Below the pieces are notes generated by a model that saw only the letters and a program-made list of their open reading frames with translations, was not told the origin of the DNA and searched no databases. From Deltaproteobacteria bacterium (GTDB taxonomy: Bacteria; Myxococcota; Kuafuiibacteriia; Kuafuiibacteriales; Kuafuiibacteriaceae), in NCBI GenBank assembly GCA_016703535.1, contig JADJBV010000001.1:6382270-6446269 (forward strand): 64,000 bases of DNA, in the 5' to 3' direction. The position numbers and the translations under genes were made by a program. Below, one piece after another: positions 44,968-55,100 of the stretch. The first letter of the stretch is position 1; each line of letters opens with the position of its first letter.

Positions 44968-45449
44968 GACAACACCATCCGCAAGATCGGCGCGAAGGGC
45001 GCGAGGACATAACCTTTGACGAAGGTCGCGCCGATGGCCACCAAGGCTCCGTTCCGCACCAACCCACCGAAGTATTCATAGAGCTGAAAACTCCGGCTCT
45101 GCTGGTTGTGAAGCAGATAGTAGATCGCCAACTTGGTCAGCTGTACGGCCAACACCCCAAAGCGGACCACCCGCAAGTCCCAACCTTGTTCATCGACCCG
45201 CCAGGCCAGGTGGTTGACCAACACCAGCCCCGCCAACAACGCCAAGACGCCGTAGAACAACCACTCGAGCTCCTTGCGTCGGGTGGCGCTGCCGATGGCG
45301 ATGCTGTTGAGCACGAACCAAGGCCCGGCCAACCAGAAGCCGCCCAACATGCCGCCGAGCAAGATCCAGAAGGGGTTGACCGCCAGGTGCGAAAGTTTGC
45401 TCGGCTGGGGTTCGTCGATGATCCGGTAGTCGTGGGTGGCGCCGCTCAT
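44964..45449 (-). CDS. Integral membrane protein (about 4 TM), unknown function
   Basis: 161 aa. 'FWILLGGMLGGFWLAGPWFVL', 'LFYGVLALLAGLVLV', 'FGVLAVQLTKLAIYYL', 'ALVAIGATFVKGYVLAPF'. The start overlaps the AAA gene stop. Confidence 0.6.
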   Translation of the reverse strand: MSGATHDYRIIDEPQPSKLSHLAVNPFWILLGGMLGGFWLAGPWFVLNSIAIGSATRRKELEWLFYGVLALLAGLVLVNHLAWRVDEQGWDLRVVRFGVLAVQLTKLAIYYLLHNQQSRSFQLYEYFGGLVRNGALVAIGATFVKGYVLAPFAPILRMVLS

Positions 45450-46831
45450 GCCTTGCCGTGTTTCGCGAGGAACTCCAGCACCTCATCGTATTGGCCCGAC
45501 TCGTTGGCGTAACGGGCGTGGTTGCGGGCGGTGGTCAACCACTCGAGGGTGGTCGGCTTGACCTCGGCGGCGGCCTGCTTGAGTTGCTCCGTGCCGATGG
45601 GCACCTCTTTCCCGGCCTGAATCGTCGCCTCGATGGCCAGGTCGGCGGCGGTGTCGATCAGGTGTTCGAGATCTGCGCCGGAAAAGCCGCTGGTGCTCTT
45701 GGCCACCCAGTCGAGCTCGATCCCTGGCGCCACCGGGCGGCCCGCCAACTTGAGGGCCAAGATCGCCGCCCGGGCCGGGCGATCGGGCGGGGGCACGAAG
45801 AAGGTCCGATCGAAGCGGCCCGGGCGACGGAAGGCGGCGTCGACGGCCCAGGGGGTGTTGGTGGCGCCCAAGATCAAGACGCCGGTGTTCTGGCTGGCGA
45901 AGCCGTCCATCTCCGACAAAAACTGGGAGACCAACTTGGCGGTGTGGCCATCCCGGGCGAACTGACGTTTGCCGCCCAGGGCCTCGACCTCGTCGAAGAA
46001 GAGCACCGCCGGCTTGGCGGCCCGAGCCTTCTCGAAGAGGGCGTGGAGTTTCTGCTCCGACTCACCGATGTACATGTCGAGGACGTCGGAGATGGCCACG
46101 TTGAAGAACTTGGCCTGACACTCGCCGGCGGTGGCCCGGGCCAACATGGTCTTGCCGACGCCCGGGGGGCCGAACAACAAAATGCCGCCGCCGCTCTTAC
46201 GCTTGAAGCGTTCGAACAAGGAGGGCTTCTGAAAAGGGAGGATGATTCGCCGCCGGATCTGCTCCTTCAAAGGCTCGAGGCCTCCGACGTCGGCGAAGGT
46301 GACCTTTTGAGCCTCAGGTTGAAAGAGGGGCTTGAGTTCGGCCTCGGCGATCGCTTCATCTCGAGCCGAAACTTGGTACCGGGGACGACCGGCGCCGACG
46401 TCGTTGGTGACCCGCTCCCGGGCCCCCAGGGCTTTGGCCAACTCGGGATCGGCGAGCAAGGGGCTCTCGACGGTCGCGCCTTCGTAGGCCTCGCGCCCCT
46501 CGGTGATCCGATCCAGGGCCAGCAGGGCCATGGCCCGGGCCAGACGTTCGCCGGGGGAGCCGCCGCTGGCGACCTGGAGGGCCCGTTCGGGGGCCCCACC
46601 TTTGGCCAACGCTTCGCCGAGGACCCGGCGATCGCCCGGGAGCAGGCCATCCATCGGGAGTTCGGCGGGGATCAGCCGGGCCGCCTTCTCGAACTCACCG
46701 CGCTTCAGCCGTTCCCGGACGACCGTAAGCAACAAGGTGGTGTTGTGGGGCGTCGCGGCCAGGGCGGCCTCGAGTGACTCCAGGGTGACTTCGTCCACCC
46801 GCACATCCTGCCACCCCTTGGGACCGACCAA
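45446..46831 (-). CDS. AAA+ ATPase (classic clade, CDC48/FtsH/Vps4-like single AAA module) with helical N-terminal domain
   Basis: 461 aa. Walker A 'LLFGPPGVGKTMLA', Walker B 'AVLFFDEVEAL', second region of homology 'ATNTPWAVDAAFRRPGRFDR'. Confidence 0.85.
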   Translation of the reverse strand: MVGPKGWQDVRVDEVTLESLEAALAATPHNTTLLLTVVRERLKRGEFEKAARLIPAELPMDGLLPGDRRVLGEALAKGGAPERALQVASGGSPGERLARAMALLALDRITEGREAYEGATVESPLLADPELAKALGARERVTNDVGAGRPRYQVSARDEAIAEAELKPLFQPEAQKVTFADVGGLEPLKEQIRRRIILPFQKPSLFERFKRKSGGGILLFGPPGVGKTMLARATAGECQAKFFNVAISDVLDMYIGESEQKLHALFEKARAAKPAVLFFDEVEALGGKRQFARDGHTAKLVSQFLSEMDGFASQNTGVLILGATNTPWAVDAAFRRPGRFDRTFFVPPPDRPARAAILALKLAGRPVAPGIELDWVAKSTSGFSGADLEHLIDTAADLAIEATIQAGKEVPIGTEQLKQAAAEVKPTTLEWLTTARNHARYANESGQYDEVLEFLAKHGKA

Positions 46832-46905
46832 AACCCCGGGGTTCTTCGTTTGAGCGTCGAGGGATCGCCTTGCTCCGAACGAAGGATGTGCCGTAGCGTG
46901 GAGCG

Positions 46906-48270
46906 GTGACGACCCGCGTGTACGCCCCAGCGGCGTGCCTTTGCCTCGCCCTCCTCTCGGCGTGTGGCCGTAAGCCCTGCGACGATCCCGACGTCAACAA
47001 AGGTCCCGTGGTGCGCTTGGACGTCTCCTTGGAGACCTGCAACTTTACGCCGGTGGCGGTGCCCACCGGACCGGACCGGGTCAAAAAGCGCGAGGTGGTC
47101 CAGCTGAACGGCAAGGCCAGCACCGATCGGAACGGGGACTCGCTCGGCTTCGAGTGGACCATGATCGACAAGCCGGACCGCAGCCAAGCCGAGCTCGACG
47201 ATCCGAAGAGCGCCACGCCCCGCTTCGTGCCCGATCGGGCCGGGCGGTATGAGATCGATCTGCGGGTCAGCGACGGCGAACTCACCAGCGCGGTGGCCAC
47301 CTTCACGATGCGGGTCACCAACGAGGTGCCGATCGCCAACGCCGGCCTCGACTTCCCCTCGCCTTTGGGTGCACCCGCGACCCTCGATGGCAACGCCAGC
47401 ACCGACGCCGACGGCGACCCCTTGACCTATACCTGGACGGTGAAGTCGCGACCGGCGGGCAGCGCCGCCCGGCTGAGTGATCCCAACAGCGCCACACCCC
47501 AGCTGACCCCGGACCTCTACGGCGTCTATTTGCTCGGGCTGGTGGTCAACGACGGTGACGTGGACAGCGCCGAAGACCTGGTGCGGGTGGGGGGTGGCGT
47601 GGTGGGTCAACCGCCGGTGGCCAACGCCGGCGCCGATCTGACCGCTGTCTTGGGCAAGTGGACCCCGTTGAACGGCTCGGCCAGCTACGATCCCGAGGGG
47701 ACCCCGCTCCTCTACCAGTGGAGCATCGCCGAACAGCCGCTCCGCAGCTTGGAGATGGGCAGCTTCTCCGACCCAAAACTCGCAACGCCCAACTTCTTGC
47801 CCGCCAAAGAAGGCCGCTACCAAGTGGAGTTGGTCGTCGAAGATGACTTCTTCGGCAGCGCGCCCGATCGGGTGCAGGTCGACGTGGTGGTGGGCACCGG
47901 GGTGCTGAACGGCCCCTGTGAGCCCGATGGGTGCCCGATGTTCTCGATCTGCCAAAACGCGATCTGCGTGCCCCGGGGCGGCTGCGGCACCAAAACCGCC
48001 GCCGGCAGCGACATGCCCGAGACCCATCAGTTCGATCTGGGGCAGACCTCGGGGACCTTCGAGCTGATCTACGACACCTACTTTCAAGAAGACCTGATCC
48101 GGGTGCTCTACGAAGGGACCGAGATCTTCAGCAGTGGTTGTGTCGGCGAATCCAAGATGATCCGCATCCCCTACTCGGGGAGCACCACCACCGTGACCGT
48201 GGAGGTCGAGCCCAACTGCAACGGCGGCTCGGGGACCGCTTGGGAGTTTCAGGTCAACTGCCCGATGTAG
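46906..48270 (+). CDS. Lipoprotein with three PKD/K319L-like Ig repeats and a Cys-rich C-terminal domain
   Basis: 454 aa. 'CLALLSAC' lipobox. A threefold repeat 'LxGxxSxDxxGDxLxYxWxxxxxPxxSxAxLSDPxSATPxxxPDxxGxYxxxLxVxDG' is present. Confidence 0.75.
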   Translation: MTTRVYAPAACLCLALLSACGRKPCDDPDVNKGPVVRLDVSLETCNFTPVAVPTGPDRVKKREVVQLNGKASTDRNGDSLGFEWTMIDKPDRSQAELDDPKSATPRFVPDRAGRYEIDLRVSDGELTSAVATFTMRVTNEVPIANAGLDFPSPLGAPATLDGNASTDADGDPLTYTWTVKSRPAGSAARLSDPNSATPQLTPDLYGVYLLGLVVNDGDVDSAEDLVRVGGGVVGQPPVANAGADLTAVLGKWTPLNGSASYDPEGTPLLYQWSIAEQPLRSLEMGSFSDPKLATPNFLPAKEGRYQVELVVEDDFFGSAPDRVQVDVVVGTGVLNGPCEPDGCPMFSICQNAICVPRGGCGTKTAAGSDMPETHQFDLGQTSGTFELIYDTYFQEDLIRVLYEGTEIFSSGCVGESKMIRIPYSGSTTTVTVEVEPNCNGGSGTAWEFQVNCPM

Positions 48271-48293
48271 GGGGCGAGGGACTGGTGCCTCAA

Positions 48294-49217
48294 CTAGAAG
48301 TCGAAGTCTCGTTCGGTCTCTTCGACGTCCAGGATGTCGACGCTGGTGGGGTTCTCTCGATCTCTGGACTTTGAGGTGGGCCGCAGGGCGCTGGCGAGAT
48401 CGAGGCCGAAGAGCAAGGCGTCGGGGGCGACGAAGTTGAAGCTGACGAAGATCGCCGGCTGAAAGGCGTCCAGGAGGTTGAGCCGCAGCCCGGGCGTCAT
48501 TTGGACGGGCGGCGCCACGTCGCCGATCCCACCGAGGGCGGTCGCGCCGCTGAACTCCAAGTAAGGTTCGGCGACGCCCAAGTTGATCCCGGCCCGGGCC
48601 GCGCCGCCGAACAACATCACCAGGCCCTGATCGCCTCGGGGGAGAGAGATGGCCGGCACCAACCCCAGCTCTCCGCCCAGGGTCACCGCCCCGATGCTGG
48701 CCTCGACGTGGAGGCGGCCCCGAAAGGAGAGGGTCTGGGGGAGATAGAGTTGGACCTCATAACCTCGAAAAGCGCCGAACAAGAGGAGCGCAGCTTGGGT
48801 GGTCTCGCTGGAAGGTGCGGTCGGGAGATACGCGTCCAGACCTCCGCCGACCCGCAACACCAGCTCGGGGGTCTCGACCACCACGCCGCCGAAGGATGCG
48901 CCCAGGGCCAAATTGCCGATCACCAAACGAGCGTCGGACTCATAGCCGTTGGTGATCCCCAGAGGCAGCGCTCCGCTGAACACCAAGCCGGGCCGCGCCC
49001 TGACTTGAGCCCGGATCTCGGTCGACCAGGCAGAGGAAGAAGAAAAAGGGCCTTGGCCGTCGGCGAAGGTGGCCCGGGTGACCAGGTTGAAGCGCGTCAG
49101 CCCCGAGGGATCGAGCTGCTCGGTGGACCAAGGCGGCAGCGGCGGAAGGGGCGGCGCGTCGATCTGAGCCTGGATGTCGGCTTGAGCGGCGAGGAGCAGG
49201 GCAAAGGAGAACCACAT
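48294..49217 (-). CDS. Hypothetical secreted protein, possible outer-membrane beta-barrel
   Basis: 307 aa. Signal 'MWFSFALLLAAQA'. Gly/Ala-rich alternating pattern and a C-terminal '...ERDFDF' aromatic end. Confidence 0.45.
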   Translation of the reverse strand: MWFSFALLLAAQADIQAQIDAPPLPPLPPWSTEQLDPSGLTRFNLVTRATFADGQGPFSSSSAWSTEIRAQVRARPGLVFSGALPLGITNGYESDARLVIGNLALGASFGGVVVETPELVLRVGGGLDAYLPTAPSSETTQAALLLFGAFRGYEVQLYLPQTLSFRGRLHVEASIGAVTLGGELGLVPAISLPRGDQGLVMLFGGAARAGINLGVAEPYLEFSGATALGGIGDVAPPVQMTPGLRLNLLDAFQPAIFVSFNFVAPDALLFGLDLASALRPTSKSRDRENPTSVDILDVEETERDFDF

Positions 49218-49323
49218 CGAGGAGGCCTCACAGGCTCCCCAAATCCGGGCGGGGGGTCAAGAGCTCCAGCCCCAGGGCGACCGAACGTCACCGGCCGGTG
49301 GCCGAGTCCGTATGGGCGGGCCC

Positions 49324-50226
49324 TCAGGCCCGGACGTCTTTGGCTTTGCCCAAGGTCTTGAGCCGCTTCAGGCGCATCGGATCTTGTTGGGACAAGAGCG
49401 GATCGGCCGAGTGGAGCTCGTAAGCCTTGGCGAAATAACGTTCGGCTTCGTCGGTCTTCTTGAGGGCCTGCAGGCACTCGGCGATCTCTTCGTTGATCAA
49501 GGCGTCGCTGAGCCGCAGCCGATCGAGTTCGGTCAGGAGGCCCTTTTGAAGCTCGAGGGCCTCGGGGATCTTGTTCATCAGGCGCAACACCCGGCCGCCG
49601 TAGGAGCGGGCCAGGACCACGTGCACCGCCAACCCCTGTTCCTTGAAGGCGCTTTCGGCTTGAGCGAAGGCGTCCATCGCTTTTTGAAGCTGGAGCAGCT
49701 CTAGGAAGTGCCACCCGAGGCGCACGTAGAGCACACCCCGCCAGTTGCGAGCCCGGGTGATGGTGGTGCGCTCCGCCGCCTCCAGCGCCTTGTTGGTCCA
49801 TTCGTGACGTTTTTTGGGGGTCTCGATCCGGGCCATCATGTCGGCGGCGTCGATCAAGAACGGGAGGTCGGCCTCTTCGGTGGCCAAGCGGAGCACCTCC
49901 ATGAAGCGCTCCCGAGCCTGGGCGGGTGACTTGGCCACCACCAGGGCCCGACCCCGCTCCAACAAGACTCGGAGCTTGGGCGCCAACGACTTGGCCGCCG
50001 GCAGGAGCTTTTCGGCCTCCAGCAAGGTGCGATCCGCCTCCCGCAACTTGCCTTGCAGCGACTCGGCCCGGGCGACCTGGGTCAAGATCTCGATGGCCCA
50101 CGACGGATCGCTGTGACCGGCGGCCCGCTCACTCTCCAGGATCCGCCGGAGCTCGACCTCGGCTTCTTTGGGATGGTGCAGGTCCCAAGGCAGAGCAACG
50201 TCGACAACTTCGCAGGGCAAGTCCAC
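49324..50226 (-). CDS. Hypothetical helical (TPR-like) protein
   Basis: 300 aa, all-helical composition, TPR-like 'AMDAFAQAESAFKEQG' and 'AERYFAKAYELHSADP'. Confidence 0.5.
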   Translation of the reverse strand: MDLPCEVVDVALPWDLHHPKEAEVELRRILESERAAGHSDPSWAIEILTQVARAESLQGKLREADRTLLEAEKLLPAAKSLAPKLRVLLERGRALVVAKSPAQARERFMEVLRLATEEADLPFLIDAADMMARIETPKKRHEWTNKALEAAERTTITRARNWRGVLYVRLGWHFLELLQLQKAMDAFAQAESAFKEQGLAVHVVLARSYGGRVLRLMNKIPEALELQKGLLTELDRLRLSDALINEEIAECLQALKKTDEAERYFAKAYELHSADPLLSQQDPMRLKRLKTLGKAKDVRA

Positions 50227-50319
50227 GGCCCAACTTCAGCCGTCGGGCCGTCAGAATGCAAGCGCTACGCGCACCGGGGGGGGGCGCCAGGTCCCGGCCT
50301 AGGGAAAAGCGGACACCCC

Positions 50320-52080
50320 TCAAGCGTCCAGGACGTCCCGGATCTTTCGGAACAACAGCTCCGGCGTCAGCGGCTTCTGCACGAAGGCCACTCCGGCCTC
50401 CAGGACGCCGTGGTGCAAGATCACGTCGTCGGTGTAGCCCGACATGAACAACACCGGCAACTTCGGGCGTTGGGTGCGGACCCGATCCGCCAGCTCCCGA
50501 CCGTTGAGGCCCGGCATGATCACGTCGGTCAGCAGCAGATCGAAGTTGCGCGCCGGATCGGCCACCAGACGCAGCGCCTCGTTGGGCCCGTTGACCGCTT
50601 GGACCTGGTAGCCGGCCTTGCCCAACATCGCCACCACCAGCCGACGCACCATCTCGTCGTCTTCGACCAAGAGGATCACCTCGTGGCCCCGGGCCTTGGG
50701 CAGGTCCCGGGTGGGCGAGGCGGCCGCGTCCGGCTGCCCCAAGGTGGCGGGCAAGTAGATCCGAATGGAGGTGCCGGTGCCGACCTCGCTGTAGAGCCAG
50801 ACGTTGCCGCCCAGCTGCTTGACGATTCCGAACACCGTGGAGAGGCCAAGCCCAGTGCCTTTGCCCCGGGCCTTGGTGGTGAAAAACGGCTCAAAGGCCC
50901 GAGCCTGGGTGGCCTTGTCCATGCCAAGGCCGGTGTCGCTCACCGCCAACATCACGTAGTCGCCAGGGGTCACGCCCAAGTGTTCCTTGGCGTACTCCTC
51001 GTCGAGGTACACGTTTTTGGTCTCGATGGTCAGGCGCCCGCCTTTGGGCATCGCGTCTCGGGCGTTGACCACCAGGTTCATCAACACCTGCTCCAGGTGG
51101 CCTTGATCCGCCTTGATCCGGGACAAGGGGCGCCCGAGCTGGAGTCGCAGCTCGATGTCTTCACCCAAAGTGCGCTCCAGGATCTGAGCGATGTTGTTCA
51201 CCACCACGTTCGGTTCGAGGACCTTCAGATCCAAGAGCTGCCGGCGGCTGAAGGCCAGCAGTTGTTTGGTCAGGTCAGCGGCCCGGAGCGCGGCCTTCTT
51301 CACCTGCTCCAGCTCGTTGCGGTAGGGCAACGCGGGCGGCGACTCCTCCAAGATCATCTCGCTGTAGCTGAGGATCACCGACAGCAAGTTGTTGAAGTCG
51401 TGGGAGACGCCACCCGCCAGGCGGCCGATCGCCTCGAGGCGTTGAGATTGTCGGAGTTGTTCTTCGGTGTTCTCCAGCGTCTCCATGGCATGGCGGAGCT
51501 CGGCGGTGCGGGCTTCGACCCGCTGCTCCAGCTCTTCCTTCAGCGTCATCAACTCCCGATTGACGACCTGGACCTCATGGGCTCGCCGGAGGATCTCGGC
51601 CTCCATCCGGCCGGCTTCGCTGCGCAGGGCTTCGGTGTCCCGGGCCGCCTCCACCCCTTCTGCCTTGAGTCGCACGAAGGTGGTGACGTCCTCGACCGCG
51701 TGGATCACGTAGGCCAACTCGTTGCTGGGGCCGTAGACCGGCGTGTTGATCGGGCTCCAGTACCGCACCTCGAAGCCGCCGCCTTCGGAGTCGGGCTTGC
51801 GGATGTCATACTTCTGCACGGGCATCGGGTCCGGCTTACGCAGGCGGATGGCCCGATCGATGGAAGCGCGAAGGTTGGCGACGCCCTCGGCCCCGACATC
51901 GTCCGGGTTGTCGGGGAATACTTCGAACAACTTTCGGCCGACGATCTCGCTTCGGTTGGTCATCGTCGCCTTCAGGTAAGCGTTGGTGACGGCGATGATG
52001 CGAAGTTCGGGATCCAAGATCAGGTAGCAGCCCGGGACGGCGTCGAGGATCTGGAGATAGTTGGGGCTTCCTTCCTGCAC
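50320..52080 (-). CDS. Hybrid sensor histidine kinase (PAS - HisKA - HATPase_c - receiver)
   Basis: 586 aa. H-box 'LAGGVSHDFNNLLSVI'. N/G boxes 'LMNLVVNARDAMP', 'VSDTGLGMD' and 'GTGLGLSTV'. Receiver 'ILLVEDDEMVR...LLLTDVIMPGLNG...LFMSGY'. Confidence 0.9.
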   Translation of the reverse strand: MQEGSPNYLQILDAVPGCYLILDPELRIIAVTNAYLKATMTNRSEIVGRKLFEVFPDNPDDVGAEGVANLRASIDRAIRLRKPDPMPVQKYDIRKPDSEGGGFEVRYWSPINTPVYGPSNELAYVIHAVEDVTTFVRLKAEGVEAARDTEALRSEAGRMEAEILRRAHEVQVVNRELMTLKEELEQRVEARTAELRHAMETLENTEEQLRQSQRLEAIGRLAGGVSHDFNNLLSVILSYSEMILEESPPALPYRNELEQVKKAALRAADLTKQLLAFSRRQLLDLKVLEPNVVVNNIAQILERTLGEDIELRLQLGRPLSRIKADQGHLEQVLMNLVVNARDAMPKGGRLTIETKNVYLDEEYAKEHLGVTPGDYVMLAVSDTGLGMDKATQARAFEPFFTTKARGKGTGLGLSTVFGIVKQLGGNVWLYSEVGTGTSIRIYLPATLGQPDAAASPTRDLPKARGHEVILLVEDDEMVRRLVVAMLGKAGYQVQAVNGPNEALRLVADPARNFDLLLTDVIMPGLNGRELADRVRTQRPKLPVLFMSGYTDDVILHHGVLEAGVAFVQKPLTPELLFRKIRDVLDA

Positions 52081-52139
52081 TACACCCCGACCCTAGGGGG
52101 TGGCTGGAATAATGGAAAGGCCCTCAATTCACCTTCTTT

Positions 52140-55100
52140 TCAGCGACGCCGACGCAGCAGGAACAGGAGCCCGCAGAGGCCCACTCCGATGCCGCCGGTC
52201 GGACCCGAGGGGTGGGCGGTACATCCGCACCCTTCTTCGGTGGGCGGCCCCCCGCCCGCGTCGACGGGGGTGCCTTGATCGGCCGCGCCCGCGTCGGGCC
52301 CACCCGAGTCGGCCGTGGGTTGGGCGTCCGGGTTCGGTAGGCCCGCGTCGGTCGGCCCCATCGCAGCGATGCACTCATTGGGGCCTTGCTCGCAAGGCGC
52401 CTCGGGCGGAAGTGAGTCGTTATCCAACGACAACAGATAGGACAACAGCTCGGCTCGTTCTGAAACAGCCAAAGCCGGGATCGGGCCGTGTCGATCCAAC
52501 ACCTGCTCCAAGGTGGCCGCCGATCCGTCGTGCAGATAAGGCGCCCCATCCCACAAACCGCGTAGGGTCGGGGTGTCGAAGCCCACGCCGATCAAAGGTT
52601 GGCCCAGGCCTTGGCCGCTGCTGGGACGGATGGTCCCGACGTCGTGGCGCAGGTGATCGCTGAAGGTGGGGCCGCCGTGGCAGACCGCGCACCCGGCGTT
52701 GTTGAAGACCACCCGGCCCCGGCGAGCGTCGGCGCTGAGGCTCCCGTCTGCTTCCCGATGGGGGCTGGGCTCGAACGTCGTCAGGGTCGCGACGTAGGCG
52801 GCCAAGGCGTCGAGCTCAGCGGAGCGCCCCGCTTTGGGAGCCCCGAGGGGATCTTGGGTCGCGGCGAAGTCGGCGTCGCTCAAGTAGCCCTGGCCCCCGA
52901 AGGCCCCTCGGATGTCGTGCTCAAAATCCTGGAGTTCGTCGAAGTTGGCGGTCCAATGGACCCGGCCGTGGCCCACGCCCGCTCGGCCGTTGAGGCTGAT
53001 GGTGTTGCGGAGGCCTTCGCCCGCCTGCGTGAAGTCCCAGGTGCGCCCGTCGTGGCCCCCTTCGAAGTGGCAGGTGGCGCAAGAGAGGTAGCTGTCCCGG
53101 CTCATCCGGTGATCGGCGGCGTCGTGGAAGATGCGCTTGCCGGCCAAAACCACGGGGCTCAAGGGTTCGCTGGCGACGGTGGTGATGGTGGCGAGCTCAG
53201 GGGCGGCGTTGCGGGTGCCCCGGAGCAACCCGGCCACGTCGTAATAACTCACCGACCGGGACAAGAAGTTGAAGACCGCCAGCCGTTCACCGGCCGGATC
53301 GAGGGCCATCGCCTGGGGCCCGAGGCCCACGTCGAACTGAGAGACCCGTTCGTCTTTGGCCAGATCGAAGACGTCGATCCGGTGCACGCCGTGAGAGGCC
53401 ACGAACAAAAGATCGGCCAGGGGGCTGATCAAGGTCGTGAGGACCAGCTCTCGATCGTTGATGTCCAGGCGCCGATGGACCGCCGCCGACGCCGTCGCGA
53501 TCTCAAAGCGCGAGACCACGGTGCGGGCCCGGCTTTCGAAGGTCAGGGGGCGTCCATCCCGCACCAGGCCCCGGGCGATGTTGTCCTTTTTGCTGGCCAC
53601 GAAGCCGGTCACGCCGTCGGGGGCGATCTGGACCTCGGCCACGTAGTTGGGCACGCCGCGGCCGGTGGCCTCGGTGTCGGGCCCCGGGTCGAAGGGCAAA
53701 TGGACCACTTCACGCTGGGCCAAGTTCGAAGCGTCCAAGACGTGGACCTCTCCTTCGGTGTCGCCCGAGATGAAGCGGGTCACGTACAACTTGCCGTCGA
53801 ACCAGGTCAGGCCTCGGGCGGTCGGCGTGATCACCGAACTTGGTCCCAGGGATCCGTCGGCCTCGATCACCTGGACCTCGCCGGTGGCGTAGAGGCTGAC
53901 GTAACCTCGGCCATCGGGGGCAAAGACGATGGCGGTCGGGGCCGAGGCCCGGCGCAGCGGGATCGTGCGCAGCTCCGACCCGGTGTCGAGGTCGAGGATC
54001 ACCAAACGCGCGCCGCTGCGATCCACCACCCAAAGTTCGTCGCCCTTTTGCGCCAGACCTTCGGGCCGGCCGCCGATCGCCCGCTCCCAGATCACGCCGC
54101 CGTTCGGGTCCACCCGGCTGACCGAGCCGTGGTCCGGGTTGACGTTGAGGGTGTGGCCTTCCACCCAGATCAACTTGGAGGCGGTCCGGGCCGGGACGTT
54201 GACCAAAGGCCGGTGCACGATCTTCAGGCCGCTGCAGCTGGCAGCTCGGACCCCGTCATCGACGTTGAGGGTGATCGGGTGGCGCCCGGGCGGGAGGAAC
54301 ACGCTGGGGTTGGGCCCGCTCAAGGTGCGGCCGGCGACCCGCCACTGATAGTTGCCGCTTTGGGGGCCGGTGCCGCTCAAGGTGATGGTGCCGGTCAGGG
54401 CCGGGCTGAGATCCACCTCGCAGGGCAAGGGTTCGGGGACGATCACCACCGAATACATGCTCTGGGCCCCACTGGCGCCCAAGGCCGAGTTGCCACCCAG
54501 GTTGACCGGGCCGGCGGGGAAGTCGCGCCGATAGACGTCCAAGGTGGTGTCGGTGGTGACCACGGTTTCGCCGGTGGGCGTGAAGGTGCCGAGCCAGTTG
54601 GGGATCGACGAGGCCCGAGCGTCGTAGAGCACCGCAACCTCGGCGGGCGCCAACAGCTCGAAGGAGAGGAAGTTGGAGAGGAAGTTGATCCGGTCGACGT
54701 TGGCGGTTTGCAAGTAGGCTTGCCGTTCGTAGCGGGCCGGATATTGGGCCGTGAAGGTGTAGTCCCGATCGCTGTAAACCAACTTGCCTTCGCTGAAGAT
54801 CCCCAAGGCGTAGCTGCCCAAGGCCACGTTGACGTCGACGTTGATCACCGCCGCGGTCGGCGACTGGGCCACCGATCCATCGCCGGTGGTGATGGTGCCT
54901 TCGAAGCGAGGCGACGGGTTGCCGACCACGTCCCGCACCCCCACCGCCACGATCCGATAGGTGCGGTTGAGGCCGAGTTCGCTGACCGGCGCCAGGTTGA
55001 CCAACCCTTGTTGGACCGACAACCACGCGGGCACTGGGTTGCCGCCGTCGTCCTCCAACCAGAGGGTGCTGGGGTTCAAGCTGGCGGCGTCGATCTGATC

